Part shown: positions 9,804 to 20,175 of the stretch, piece after piece | Position numbering within the stretch: position 1 is the stretch's first letter | Layout: each line of letters starts with the position of its first letter | Source of the DNA: Candidatus Binatia bacterium | Lineage (GTDB): Bacteria; Desulfobacterota; Binatia; Bin18 | Assembly (NCBI GenBank): GCA_963667495.1 | Contig: OY763426.1 | Span: 2,009,039-2,073,038, forward strand | Reading direction: 5' to 3' | Length of the DNA stretch: 64,000 nucleotides | Made by a program: the position numbers and the translations under genes | The notes under the pieces: model-generated | Database searches by the model: none | What the model saw: the letters and a program-made list of their open reading frames with translations, nothing else | Told to the model about the DNA's origin: nothing

Positions 9804-9846
9804 GGACTTTTCTTCTCGGAGAGGGCGGGATAGAGCAGAACCTCTC

Positions 9847-10893
9847 ATGTATATCCGTATCCTCTCCGGCGTTTTTCTGTTTTTCTTTGCTCTCTCCTGT
9901 TCGGTTCCCCCGGATCGCACGCCCGAGCTGAACCCCGATCCGTCGTTGCTGTATGCGGCCCACGGCCAGCCTGGGGCGTGGTTCAATCCCTGGCGGCCTT
10001 CAAACAAGCACTGGACCGATCTGTTTCGCTGGGCGGTCTCGCGGAGCGCCTATAGCGGCGAGTGGCGCGACCCGCCGCTCGTTCGTCGGGTGGACAACGA
10101 TGGCCGCTCGTTTGCCACTCCTGACACCTCGGCTTCCGTCACCTGGGTAGGTCATTCAACTTTTGCTATCCATGACGCTGGAGATGTCTTTCTGACTGAC
10201 CCCCACTTTGGCAAGCGGGCGCTGATTCCGGCCCGTTTCCATCCGCCCGGCGTGCCTATCACCTCTATTCCGGCTGACGCTTTTGCCGTGGTCTCTCATA
10301 ATCACTACGACCATCTCGATGCCTACACGGTTGAGAACTTGCCTCAGACCGTGACCTGGTTTGTCCCGCTGGGACTCGGCGAGTGGATCGAAAAAAAAGG
10401 AAGAAAAGCGGTCGAACTCGACTGGTGGCAAACCGCGCAGCACGGTCGCTGGCGGGTCACCTGCGTGCCGGTGCAACACTGGTCGCAACGCATTGAGCAA
10501 TCGCGGGATTCCACCTTGTGGTGTGGCTGGATCGTTGCCAACGCCGAGCGGACCTATTTTTTTGCCGGCGATACGGGGTATTTTCACGGCTTTACCGAGA
10601 TCGGGAAGAAATTTGGTCCGATCGATGTTGCCATGATTCCTGTTGGAGCCTATGAGCCCCGCTGGATTATGCACTATTCCCACCTGAATCCGACCGAAGC
10701 CTATCGAGCCTTTCTGGACCTTAAGGCGCGCTGGATGCTGCCCTGCCACTGGGGCACGTTTCGCCTTACCGACGAGCCCATAGACGAACCGCCGCGGGAA
10801 CTCCAGCGGGTCGTTGAGCAAGCCGGCGGGAGGCTCGACTCCATTAAAATTTTCGCGGTCGGTGAGCGGTGGGAGATTCCGGCTGGGCAATAG
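9847..10893 (+). CDS. MBL-fold metallo-hydrolase (NAPE-PLD/RomA-like), probable lipoprotein
   Basis: WVGHST, SHNHYDHLD, FFAGDTGY, PVGAYEPRW, HWGTF; lipobox-like ALSC. Confidence 0.88.
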   Translation: MYIRILSGVFLFFFALSCSVPPDRTPELNPDPSLLYAAHGQPGAWFNPWRPSNKHWTDLFRWAVSRSAYSGEWRDPPLVRRVDNDGRSFATPDTSASVTWVGHSTFAIHDAGDVFLTDPHFGKRALIPARFHPPGVPITSIPADAFAVVSHNHYDHLDAYTVENLPQTVTWFVPLGLGEWIEKKGRKAVELDWWQTAQHGRWRVTCVPVQHWSQRIEQSRDSTLWCGWIVANAERTYFFAGDTGYFHGFTEIGKKFGPIDVAMIPVGAYEPRWIMHYSHLNPTEAYRAFLDLKARWMLPCHWGTFRLTDEPIDEPPRELQRVVEQAGGRLDSIKIFAVGERWEIPAGQ

Positions 10894-10915
10894 GGGTGCG
10901 ACAGGTCGCACCCCT
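10892..10915. terminator. hairpin / REP-like element between convergent genes
   Basis: aggggtgcgac-ag-gtcgcacccct, perfect 11-bp inverted repeat. Confidence 0.6.
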
Positions 10916-10925
10916 GGGATTCAGG

Positions 10926-11870
10926 TTATTGGGCAAACGTCTCGATCGCCTTCCGGACGGCCTGGGCGTAGGTCTGGTCGCCGACTGGCACCGGATTGAG
11001 AATCGGTAGCTGAACGCCGGCTTCGCGGAAGGCGGCGAGTTGTTCCCGGCAGCGTGCGGGCGGTCCGATAACTGACAGTTCGTCCGCCATGTTGTCTGTC
11101 GCTCCCTGCCCCTGTCCATCTGCGAGTTGCGCCGCTTCCGCTTCAAACCCGCTGTCGTGAAATAGCTTGTTATAGAAGGGCAGGCCACCATAAAACCCCA
11201 GGTTGGTCCTGGCGGCTTGCATGGCCGCGTCCATATCGTCATGAATGCAGGACGGAATGCCCGTGGTAATATCAATGTCCGCAAGCGGCCGGCCGGCTTT
11301 GGCCGCTCCCTTCTCGACTGCGGCCACGGCCGTGGGCAGCCGACTCTTGGGACAGAGGTACAGCATGACCCCATCGGCCAGCTCGCCGCTGAGAGTGGCG
11401 GTACTCAGGGCCAGAGCCGCGATGTAGATGGGAACGTGGTGTGTTGCCGCGCGCGGTTGCATGGCCATGCCGGGCAGCTCCTTGCCCGCGGCCATATCGC
11501 GGATCGCGCCAATATACTGACGCATAAAGGTCCGCGGTTTGTCCATTTTTTCCTGGTAGAGTCCCTCAACAATGGGCCGGTGGCTCACCCCGAGTCCCAG
11601 AATCAGCCGACCGTCCGAGGTATCGTCAATCGCAATGGCCGTTTGCGCACACAGCGCCGGGTGGCGCAGGTAGATATTCGCAATCCAGGTACCGACCTTA
11701 ATCCGCGAGGTGGCCTGGGCCATGACTTGGCAGTTGATCAGCGAGTCGTTCATGAATTCCGGTGAAAAAATCGCCTCAAACTCCGCCGCCTCCGCGCTCT
11801 TGGCCAAGTCCTGTAACTCGGGAAACGTCAGTCCTGACATATTGGCGGCAACCACTCCGATCCGGGCCAT
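10926..11870 (-). CDS. LLM-class (probably F420-dependent) oxidoreductase
   Basis: TSRIKVGT, GRLILGLGVSH, PIYIAAL, GELADG. Confidence 0.85.
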   Translation of the reverse strand: MARIGVVAANMSGLTFPELQDLAKSAEAAEFEAIFSPEFMNDSLINCQVMAQATSRIKVGTWIANIYLRHPALCAQTAIAIDDTSDGRLILGLGVSHRPIVEGLYQEKMDKPRTFMRQYIGAIRDMAAGKELPGMAMQPRAATHHVPIYIAALALSTATLSGELADGVMLYLCPKSRLPTAVAAVEKGAAKAGRPLADIDITTGIPSCIHDDMDAAMQAARTNLGFYGGLPFYNKLFHDSGFEAEAAQLADGQGQGATDNMADELSVIGPPARCREQLAAFREAGVQLPILNPVPVGDQTYAQAVRKAIETFAQ

Positions 11871-12007
11871 AGTAACACCTCCTTTTTCTGGCCAGTCCGT
11901 ATTTCAATGCGGGGTGCAGCCTATCACCTCTCCACGGTCAGGCAAGAGAACGTGGCCGGGTGGCCTTGTTTATTGATTTCTGGTGTTCTTTCCGTTAGCA
12001 GCAAGGC

Positions 12008-13528
12008 ATGCTTGCGACAGCGGTATCCGGAGCCCTGATTGGGATTGATGGCTTGTTGGTGGAGGTCGAGGTCGATGTGGCGCTGGGTTTGCCGCAGTTC
12101 ACTACCGTCGGTCTGCCTGAGGGGGCTGTCCGAGAGAGCAAAGATCGGGTTCGCTCGGCCATCAAGAATTCCGGCTACGAATTTCCTGCTCGTCGTATCA
12201 CTGTCAATCTCGCTCCTGCGGACGTTAAAAAAGAAGGAGCCGCCTATGACCTGCCGATTGCCCTCGGCATTCTTGCAGCTGAGGGCTGGCTGACCAAAGA
12301 ACAGCTTCAATCCTACGCGATCCTGGGCGAACTCTCACTCGACGGGCGAGTCAAGCCTGTCCGTGGGGCTTTGCCCTTAGCTGTGATGGCACGGGAAAAA
12401 GGGCTCAAGGGATTGATTGTGCCCACGGAAAACGCGGCCGAGGCCGCGGTTGTCGACGAGATCGCGGTCTTTGGCGTGTCCACATTGAGTGAGGCCTTTC
12501 TGCTGCTCAACGGGGAGCGGCCGCTCGACTCGACCCTTGTTGACGTGAGTGCCCTCTTTACCCGGCACTCCGCGTACGAGGTTGACTTTAACGATGTGAA
12601 AGGTCAGGAGCATGTCAAACGCGCCCTCGAAGTCGCGGCGAGCGGCGGACATAACCTGCTGTTAGTCGGTCCACCGGGGTCCGGAAAGACCATGCTGGCC
12701 AGACGCCTGCCCACGGTGCTGCCCACGCTGACCCTGACCGAAGCGATTGAAACAACCAAAGTCCATAGCGTCGCCGGCAGCCTCAACGGCCAGGCCCTGG
12801 TGGCGACGCGACCCTTCCGCAGCCCGCATCACACCATCTCCGATGCCGGCATGATCGGCGGTGGCACGGTGCCCAAACCGGGCGAGGTCTCCCTGGCCCA
12901 TCATGGCGTGCTCTTCCTGGATGAGCTGCCGGAGTTCCGTAAGAACGTCCTCGAAGTCTTACGCCAGCCCCTGGAGGATGCCCAGGTCACGATCTCACGT
13001 GCAGTCGGGTCTATCACGTATCCGGCAGACATTATGCTGGTGGCGGCGATGAATCCGTGCAGTTGTGGATTCTTCGGTGATCCGCAGCACGAGTGCACCT
13101 GCTCCCCGCAACAGGTCCAGCGCTATCGAGCAAGGATTTCCGGCCCCCTATTGGACCGTATCGACATTCAGGTCGAAGTCCCGGCGGTCAAGTATAAAGA
13201 ACTGAGTGACAAAGCTACGGGTGAGGACTCGACAACCATTCGGACGCGTGTGAACCAAGCACGTGAAATTCAGCTTCAGCGTTTCCAGCAGCGCAGGATT
13301 TTTTGCAACGCGCAAATGTCCAGCCGGGACATCCGCACCTATTGTCAGCTCGACACAACCGGTGAAAAGCTTCTGGAAAACGCCATGCAACGCCTGGGGC
13401 TAAGCGCCCGCGCCTATACCCGCATTCTTAAAGTCGCCCGCACCATCGCCGACCTCGCCGGTGAGGACCATATCACCGGCGCCCATATCGCGCAGGCCAT
13501 TCAGTACCGGGCCTTGGACCGGGAGTGA
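12008..13528 (+). CDS. comM: YifB/ComM Mg-chelatase-like AAA+ ATPase
   Basis: [49 protein letters not shown]. Confidence 0.93.
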   Translation: MLATAVSGALIGIDGLLVEVEVDVALGLPQFTTVGLPEGAVRESKDRVRSAIKNSGYEFPARRITVNLAPADVKKEGAAYDLPIALGILAAEGWLTKEQLQSYAILGELSLDGRVKPVRGALPLAVMAREKGLKGLIVPTENAAEAAVVDEIAVFGVSTLSEAFLLLNGERPLDSTLVDVSALFTRHSAYEVDFNDVKGQEHVKRALEVAASGGHNLLLVGPPGSGKTMLARRLPTVLPTLTLTEAIETTKVHSVAGSLNGQALVATRPFRSPHHTISDAGMIGGGTVPKPGEVSLAHHGVLFLDELPEFRKNVLEVLRQPLEDAQVTISRAVGSITYPADIMLVAAMNPCSCGFFGDPQHECTCSPQQVQRYRARISGPLLDRIDIQVEVPAVKYKELSDKATGEDSTTIRTRVNQAREIQLQRFQQRRIFCNAQMSSRDIRTYCQLDTTGEKLLENAMQRLGLSARAYTRILKVARTIADLAGEDHITGAHIAQAIQYRALDRE

Positions 13529-13560
13529 GTGAGGTGACGGCCCGGCACAAACCCATCAAG

Positions 13561-13896
13561 ATGAAATTTGAGGACTATGCGATCAATATCGCCCCTATCC
13601 CCGAAGAGGAAGGCGGTGGCTATCTGGTGACCCTGCCCGACTTGCCCGGCTGTATCGCGGATGGCGAGACTATCGACGCAGCCATAGCAGAAGCCCGCGA
13701 CGCCTTCACTGCGTGGACAATGGCCGAACGGGAAGACAAGGGAGAACTGCCCGCGCCAAAAACCTACAGCGGTCAATTTGTACAGCGCATTCCCAAGACC
13801 TTACATATGCGGCTCGCCAAGCGAGCGGCGAGCGAGGGGGTCAGTCTGAATCAACTGGCCGCGACTCTGCTCGCCCAGGGATTGGGTCCGAAATAG
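13561..13896 (+). CDS. hicB: HicB-family antitoxin (orphan)
   Basis: EEGGGYLVTLPDLPGC..DGET, YSGQFVQRIPKTLH..L...A..EGVSLN. Confidence 0.85.
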   Translation: MKFEDYAINIAPIPEEEGGGYLVTLPDLPGCIADGETIDAAIAEARDAFTAWTMAEREDKGELPAPKTYSGQFVQRIPKTLHMRLAKRAASEGVSLNQLAATLLAQGLGPK

Positions 13897-14073
13897 GGGG
13901 CAGGGCGATATTTTCTCTTATCAATCCGTGCTGGGGGATATCGCCATGAAGAAGCAGACGAGGACCTATCCACCGTGATCTTGTGTTGGGGAAGACGCTG
14001 TGCTCACAATACTGCCACTAAGGAGACGCGCCACGAGTTGACGCTAACTCATAACGTTTTCGGGAGGAAGTCT

Positions 14074-14877
14074 ATGCCGTACGTCGAAAGGGAAAAGGGA
14101 GTTCGGGTTCATTACAACCACTATGGACAGGGGTTTCCCCTGGTCTTTCTACACGGCTTTTCAGCCAACGCCTGGCTGTGGGCGTATCAGGCGCCGGTCC
14201 TGGCCCACAAATACCACTGCATTGTCATTGAAGCACGCGGACACGGGCTGTCCTCCAAACCGCTCTCGGGCTATTCCATTCAGGACATGGCGGCCGACGA
14301 TGCTGCGGTACTGGCCGCTCTGGGCATCGATCGCGCCATTCTGGTCGGTAACTCGATGGGCGGGATGCGGGCCATGCAGATGAGTCTTGACTATCCGCAC
14401 CTGGTCGCCGGGAATGTCATCATCAGCAGTGCGACCAATCTGAACCAGACCCTGGATACCGCTGAGCTGATTGCCAGCTTTCAGAACGATTACGAGGCAG
14501 CCGCGGAAAACCTGGTCACCCGCTGTTTCTCGGTTAAGACCCAGACCGAGCGGCCCGAGGTGTGCCAGATGATTAAACACAACTTCCTGAACGAGGGCGG
14601 CTTTCCTCGCCGGGTGGCCCTGGCCTGCCTGGAAGATCCCAACGGTGTGTGGCAGTGGGATATCTCGGACCGCTTACAGGAGATTACCCAGCCCACACTG
14701 GTCCTGGTCGGAGAGGAAGATCAGGCGACCCCAGTCGCGGCCAATCGTTTTCTGGCCGAGCGGATTCCTGGGGCGGAACTGCGCGTGCTCAAAGAGGTCG
14801 GCCACTGCTACGAAATCGAACGGCCGCTCGAATTTAACCAGATGCTGGAGGAATTTGTCGCGCGGCATGGACACTGA
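14074..14877 (+). CDS. alpha/beta-fold hydrolase
   Basis: LVFLHG, nucleophile elbow GNSMGG, GEED, GH; GGGAGG RBS. Confidence 0.9.
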   Translation: MPYVEREKGVRVHYNHYGQGFPLVFLHGFSANAWLWAYQAPVLAHKYHCIVIEARGHGLSSKPLSGYSIQDMAADDAAVLAALGIDRAILVGNSMGGMRAMQMSLDYPHLVAGNVIISSATNLNQTLDTAELIASFQNDYEAAAENLVTRCFSVKTQTERPEVCQMIKHNFLNEGGFPRRVALACLEDPNGVWQWDISDRLQEITQPTLVLVGEEDQATPVAANRFLAERIPGAELRVLKEVGHCYEIERPLEFNQMLEEFVARHGH

Positions 14878-14905
14878 CCGAGTTGTTCAGTGTTTGAACC
14901 GTCTC

Positions 14906-16108
14906 TTAGCGTACCCACACCTGGGTGAGAACGCGCACGACGTTACCGCCTATAACCTTGGCAATGTCTGCATCCGTATAGCCCTGTCTGACGAGCCACC
15001 GGACAATGTTGGGAAAGTCGGCAGGATTCTCTAAGCCATCAACGTACTCGACCGGATCAAACGCCTTATTGCCAAGTATCTTGTCAACGGAGAGCTGGGC
15101 CGCGTAGGCTCGGTGCAGACCGACATGATCGCCGAACATAGTGTCCGGTCCAAACCCAACATGCTCAATACCGATCAGCCGGACTGCATACTCAAAGTGT
15201 TCCATGCACGACTCTATACTGTGGCGTGGATGCTGTTCGGTCAGGGTCGTATGCGGAGCCGCTTCGATTCCCAGTATGCCTCCCTTGGCCGCCATGGCCT
15301 CCAGCACGTGGTCCGGCTTGAGCCGCGGGGTGTCCCATAATGCCCGCGCCCCGGCGTGGGAGATCACGATGGGTAGTTCGCTTTCCTCAATAATGTCTAA
15401 CGTCGTCTGATCGCCGCAATGGGCCGCATCAATCAGGATGCCAAGTTTATTCATACGCCGCACCGCCTGGCGCCCAAAGTCGGTCAGTCCGGCGTCTCGC
15501 CCCTCTCGCAAACCGCTGCCCAAAGCATTGGCTTCACTGTAGGCGACGCCCATGCTGCGCACGCCAAATCCATACAGTACATCGAGCCGGTCCAGTTCGT
15601 TCTCTATCGGCGTTGCGGACTCAAGCGTTGGTACCAGGGCAAGTCGTCGGGTCTCGTGCGCCGCGACAATATCTCGAACGCCGTCGCAGACAAGAATAAA
15701 ATCCTGGTGGGCCAGGTCGCACAAACGCATGCCCAAGTCGTGGGTGACATCATTCCACTTCCAGCCAGCCTGCGAGGTAATCGTACACAGGCCGTTCATC
15801 AAATTGTCAAAGATGCCGTCCAACCCAGAGAGTGCCAGTCCCTGAAAGCCGGTGAAGTCCCGACCCAGGCGCTTTTGTTCGAAGATTTCGTTGATCTCCT
15901 CCGGGACCACAACCGGATGGTCGTGCATGGAGATCGCAATATTCTCGGCTAACAGACTCTGCACTCGCGCCTCCTCAGCCGGCGTGAGCGCAATCTGAGA
16001 AGACGCCACCCGCCCGACTTCTTGAGCCAACCGAAATCGCTTGTAGTCACGCGGCGCGTCTAAATACTGGTAGGATTGGTAGCCTGTATACTGCTTGTGA
16101 TTTTCCAT
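14906..16108 (-). CDS. membrane dipeptidase (peptidase M19)
   Basis: MHDH, GLTDFG..AVRRMN..GILID, SHAG, GFGPD, IAKVIGGN. Confidence 0.88.
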   Translation of the reverse strand: MENHKQYTGYQSYQYLDAPRDYKRFRLAQEVGRVASSQIALTPAEEARVQSLLAENIAISMHDHPVVVPEEINEIFEQKRLGRDFTGFQGLALSGLDGIFDNLMNGLCTITSQAGWKWNDVTHDLGMRLCDLAHQDFILVCDGVRDIVAAHETRRLALVPTLESATPIENELDRLDVLYGFGVRSMGVAYSEANALGSGLREGRDAGLTDFGRQAVRRMNKLGILIDAAHCGDQTTLDIIEESELPIVISHAGARALWDTPRLKPDHVLEAMAAKGGILGIEAAPHTTLTEQHPRHSIESCMEHFEYAVRLIGIEHVGFGPDTMFGDHVGLHRAYAAQLSVDKILGNKAFDPVEYVDGLENPADFPNIVRWLVRQGYTDADIAKVIGGNVVRVLTQVWVR

Positions 16109-16266
16109 ACGCCGCCTCCCTGTCGGGTGTTTGAGCTGCTTGCCGGATGAATACTTCCCTACTTCCCCGCTAGCGCTGACCTCCCCAACTTTCAAGAGGA
16201 AGCCGCGTTTCCGAGTGTCCGCTTGCTCCAATAAAAAGCTATGAAACTCTTTCGCCTTATGTTTAA

Positions 16267-17622
16267 TTGCGCCTCATGGTCCCGTGCCTGTTCTTCTGTC
16301 TGCTTTCGGCCCTCATCCTGACTCTTGAGGCTGCCCTCCCTGCCGCTGCTGAAGAGATGCACAGCTCCCGGAACCACACCTGGAAAACCATAGAAGACCT
16401 CTCTCCACAGGAACGACAGAAGCTGGACCTTGCGGCTGACACTCCACGCCACCCCGAAGTTCCGTATCTACCGGCTGAGCCCTATCCTTTTACACCGCCC
16501 TATACGGCTGAGGAGATGGGTTATCGGCTCATGGAGTTCACCTCCCGTCCGCGCTGGTCGGCCGTGTTTGCCAGAGCGTGGTCGTCGATTTCCACCCAGG
16601 GCGTGCTCCTCAACCCAGGCAGTGCCACCAATTTTTTGGCCTATAACGCAAGTGCGACTGGTGCGGAGGTGGAACTCACCCTCAAGCCTGGCGAAGAGAT
16701 CTACCGGTCTCTCAGCCAGCGTACGGCTCCCCCCGCTGCAGAAGGGTCGCAACGACTCTCGATTCGCTATCGCACGGATAAAGAGTTCATCAAGAAGGAA
16801 GAACGATTCCAATACTCACAGGCCAAGCGTCGGGTTCGTCATAACGCGCCACCCCGGCGGCAGGGGAAGGTCCCCAATATGGCGCTCACACCCGATGACA
16901 ATTATGGGCGTGACGCCTGGGAGTTTTCTTGGCGGATACTAGGCCTGGATATTCTGTATCAAACCGTGCGCTTTCCCAAGACGCGGCCCACCATCATGTT
17001 GCGGAATGGCGAGACCGGCCAGTTTCAAGAGCGGCGGACGGCTGAGCTCAAGCTGATGGGAGACCACTATCGGTACTATACGGCCGAGGGCGGGGTCCGG
17101 TGCTATGTTGTAGAGGCTCAGACCCGTCCCGAATGGCTACCCAATTACTACGTACCGCGGCTCTTGTTTTGGCTGGAGGAACATTCTTTTTTCCCCCTGC
17201 GTATCGAGAAATACGGACCCGACGGGAATCTCAGGCATATCGAGGTGAGGTTGGCGGAGGTTTTTAATCCAGATTTGGGGGAGCGGGGATATGGCTCGCT
17301 GTTTACCGTGTATTGGGATATTGCCGATGACCTGATGACCTATTTTGTGAACGACAGTCACCGGGTAACCGTCTGGAATCCTCAGGAGATCGCGTTGTTC
17401 TTTAGCCCGGATTTTATGCGCCGGCAGTGGTCCCTTGATACTTCGATCAAGACCCAAGCCCAAGTGCCCTTCCCCGAACTCTTTTTCTTACGACCCACCT
17501 TAGAGGAAGAGAAATTTCCCGAGGAGCGCCCGCTCCAACTCCCTCCTGAGGTTGTGGCCCGTGTCCAGGCACAGGAGGCGGCCGGACGACTAGTATTTGG
17601 GATAGGCGAGGAGGGGCGTTGA
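16267..17622 (+). CDS. secreted hypothetical protein, DUF1329/LolA-like
   Basis: Signal peptide ending AAAEE; YSQAKRRVR, DDNYG, CYVVEA and RIEKYG motifs resemble outer-membrane lipoprotein-sorting-like proteins. Confidence 0.55.
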   Translation: MRLMVPCLFFCLLSALILTLEAALPAAAEEMHSSRNHTWKTIEDLSPQERQKLDLAADTPRHPEVPYLPAEPYPFTPPYTAEEMGYRLMEFTSRPRWSAVFARAWSSISTQGVLLNPGSATNFLAYNASATGAEVELTLKPGEEIYRSLSQRTAPPAAEGSQRLSIRYRTDKEFIKKEERFQYSQAKRRVRHNAPPRRQGKVPNMALTPDDNYGRDAWEFSWRILGLDILYQTVRFPKTRPTIMLRNGETGQFQERRTAELKLMGDHYRYYTAEGGVRCYVVEAQTRPEWLPNYYVPRLLFWLEEHSFFPLRIEKYGPDGNLRHIEVRLAEVFNPDLGERGYGSLFTVYWDIADDLMTYFVNDSHRVTVWNPQEIALFFSPDFMRRQWSLDTSIKTQAQVPFPELFFLRPTLEEEKFPEERPLQLPPEVVARVQAQEAAGRLVFGIGEEGR

Positions 17623-17694
17623 GGGTCCCCGCTCGCTCTCTACCGATAGAGAGGCAAGGCTCCTCTCACGACGACCTAAAAGTCAGAACCGACG

Positions 17695-19068
17695 CTACAG
17701 AGACGGACTTTGCCAACCGCCAAGATTCGTCTCCAGATACTGGGCGACGGCCAGGGCGACATCTTCACGCCAGGGGCGGGCGACGATCTGGACCCCAATC
17801 GGTAAACCCTCAGCTGACGTTCCACAGCGCACGACCGCGCCCGGCCAGCCGGTCAGATTGTGGGCGAAGGTGTAGGTAAAATCCGGGCCGTCGGGGTCGT
17901 CATGGCGCGTGGCGGGTGTGGCGCTGACAGGACACAGCAGCACATCGTAGGGCTCCATAAACGCCAGCATTTCACTCCGGTAGATATTCCATCGGCTCAG
18001 TTCCTGGGCGAACTCCGTGAGCGATACAGGCTGGGCCGTTTGCATCCAATCCAAGGCGGAAGATATACGCTCAGTCCCGGCTGCGTGGATGAGCCGGCGT
18101 ATCCAGGCTCCTCCATCCGCAAGATAGAGACTGTACCACAGTCGCTCTGCGTCGCTTACACACTGCGGCCGATTTTCTGTGACCGAGACACCATGGTCGG
18201 CGAGCACACTGACCGCAGACCGGACGGTGCTGGCGGTGTCCGGGCTCGGGGATTTGATCCCGTTGTCCGTGTAGAAGGCGACCTGCAGATCCTTCACGCT
18301 CACGTCTTGGGGGTCTCCCAACGGGGCCGGCACGACCGCCGGATCGTGTCCATCCGGACCGGCAATAATGGATAAAGCCAGGCCCAGGTCTTCGACATGG
18401 CGCGCCATGGGGCCAATCTGGGTAAAGGCATCCAGGGCGCCGACATCAAACGAAATGGCATGCCCGGTACGGGGAACTCGGCCCGAGGTGGGTTTGATAC
18501 CGGCAATACCGCAGTAGTGGGAAGGCATGCGAATGCTGCCGCCCGTGTCGCTCCCCAGATCGAGTGCCGAGCCGCCCGCCGCAAGAATCGCCCCAGCTCC
18601 TCCACTACTGCCTGCGGGCGACCGCTCCACATCATACGGATTATTTGTCCGGCCATAGACATCGTTGTTCGTAATCCCCGCCAGGGTAAACTCCGGCGTA
18701 TTTGTTTTGCCCAGGATGATAGCTCCCACGGCCCGCAGACGTGCCACTACGGTGGCATCGTGCTCGGGGGTAAAACCGGCTCGACCCGTTGTCCCCCATG
18801 TACTGACCATGTCCGCGGTGTCTAACGAATCCTTGAGCGTGATGGGGACACCGTGCAGTGGGCCGAGGCGTTCTCCTCGCGAGATGGCTTCGTCTGCTGC
18901 ACGCGCCTGTTGTCGTGCTGCTTCAGCCTGAAGCTGTACAACGGCGTTGAGCTTTGGATTGGCTGCTTCGAGGCGGGCCAGATGCGCATCCACCACGGCA
19001 ACTGAAGAGACGAGATTTGTCCGAATAAATCGAGCCAGCGTCGTAGCCGAAAACGAGGTCAGTTCCAT
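17695..19068 (-). CDS. amidase (amidase-signature family)
   Basis: GPLHGVPITLKD, GKTNTPEF, AGSSGG, GSDTGGSIR. Confidence 0.92.
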   Translation of the reverse strand: MELTSFSATTLARFIRTNLVSSVAVVDAHLARLEAANPKLNAVVQLQAEAARQQARAADEAISRGERLGPLHGVPITLKDSLDTADMVSTWGTTGRAGFTPEHDATVVARLRAVGAIILGKTNTPEFTLAGITNNDVYGRTNNPYDVERSPAGSSGGAGAILAAGGSALDLGSDTGGSIRMPSHYCGIAGIKPTSGRVPRTGHAISFDVGALDAFTQIGPMARHVEDLGLALSIIAGPDGHDPAVVPAPLGDPQDVSVKDLQVAFYTDNGIKSPSPDTASTVRSAVSVLADHGVSVTENRPQCVSDAERLWYSLYLADGGAWIRRLIHAAGTERISSALDWMQTAQPVSLTEFAQELSRWNIYRSEMLAFMEPYDVLLCPVSATPATRHDDPDGPDFTYTFAHNLTGWPGAVVRCGTSAEGLPIGVQIVARPWREDVALAVAQYLETNLGGWQSPSL

Positions 19069-19267
19069 GGTCCTCTCCCTCCGTTAGCGTCCGTAGTATA
19101 TGTGGCAGCGTCTCGTTCACGCCGCTCAAGAACCAGACCGCAATCGTAAAAATCTTTACAGGAATAGTGTACGAGAAGTGATTTCTGGTGTCGATGGTGT
19201 TATCAGATAAGAGGGGAGGAGGGGGAGTCGAAGGGAGTGCATAGAGTCCTTACGAAGCGAGGAGAAA

Positions 19268-19456
19268 ATGAGTGACCGTGACCGTGAGATTCGGGATATA
19301 CTGGACCGGGCGTGGCGGAAGGAGGAGCAAAAGCAGCGGGGCTTTCTGACGCTTTCAGAAAACGATATGTGCCTGCTTGAGGATTACTATGCGGCCGGCC
19401 TGCCGTATGGCAATACGCCGGAGGGCTTTAACCAGTGGTTAGAAGAACGCGGCTAG
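19268..19456 (+). CDS. small hypothetical protein (62 aa)
   Basis: ATG preceded by GAGGAG; fills an intergenic gap; no recognisable motif. Confidence 0.5.
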   Translation: MSDRDREIRDILDRAWRKEEQKQRGFLTLSENDMCLLEDYYAAGLPYGNTPEGFNQWLEERG

Positions 19457-19483
19457 GCGCCGTGTTGCGTGTCTCACTGTTTG

Positions 19484-19513
19484 AAAAAATGGGGGCTCCC
19501 AGAGGAGCCCCCA
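19484..19513 (-). terminator. Rho-independent terminator of hsp20
   Basis: tgggggctcc/ggagccccca 10-bp stem followed by a T run on the minus strand. Confidence 0.75.
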
Positions 19514-19540
19514 ACGCGTGGAGAGAAGGGAGAGCGACCA

Positions 19541-20032
19541 TCAGTCTGCGGCCACATCGGTCGCCACCTCAGTTTTCACATCGACCGGAATACGTTTCGG
19601 CTTGACCTCTGCCGGGAATGGTACCACGACTTCGAGCGTACCGTTCTTGGCACTTGCCTCGATCTTCTCCGCCTCGATGCCCTTCGGCAACATAAACGAC
19701 CGGGCAAACGAGCCGTACGAACGCTCTTGATGAAAGTAGCCACCGTCCTTCCCTGTATGCTCCGCTTTGCGTTCGCCCTTGACCGTCAGGCGGTTGCCGT
19801 CCAGCGCAATCTCAACATCCTTGGGATCCACGCCGGGCAAATCCGCTTTGATATGCAGCGTGTTGTCGTCCACATAGCTGTCAATCCTGAACGACGCTTC
19901 CGAGGGCATTCCAGTGCGCGTTGCTGGCCAGCCGCGGGAGGAGAAAAAATCGTTGACCACAGACTCCAGGTCATGCCGCCAGGGGTGCATCGTTCCAAAC
20001 GGTCCTCGCCATACACTCAGTTCTCGTCTCAT
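19541..20032 (-). CDS. Hsp20/alpha-crystallin small heat-shock protein
   Basis: ADLPGVDPKD, LTVKGER, ERSYGSFARSF.LP, NGTLEV; GGAGG RBS. Confidence 0.92.
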   Translation of the reverse strand: MRRELSVWRGPFGTMHPWRHDLESVVNDFFSSRGWPATRTGMPSEASFRIDSYVDDNTLHIKADLPGVDPKDVEIALDGNRLTVKGERKAEHTGKDGGYFHQERSYGSFARSFMLPKGIEAEKIEASAKNGTLEVVVPFPAEVKPKRIPVDVKTEVATDVAAD

Positions 20033-20175
20033 TGTCTCCACCTCCTGTGGGTTTGGGTTACTGTCTGACACAAGACAAACGTAAGGACGATCGGCTTCGA
20101 GTCAAGGGGTCACAATAAAAATTATGACTCGTTCATGCGAGCGCACAGCCCTCTCCCGGATACGATGAGGACGGC

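Noticed and set aside
13904-13945. 8-bp inverted repeat ggcgatat/atatcgcc after hicB
   Set aside because: Short arms with a long spacer; not distinguishable from chance.
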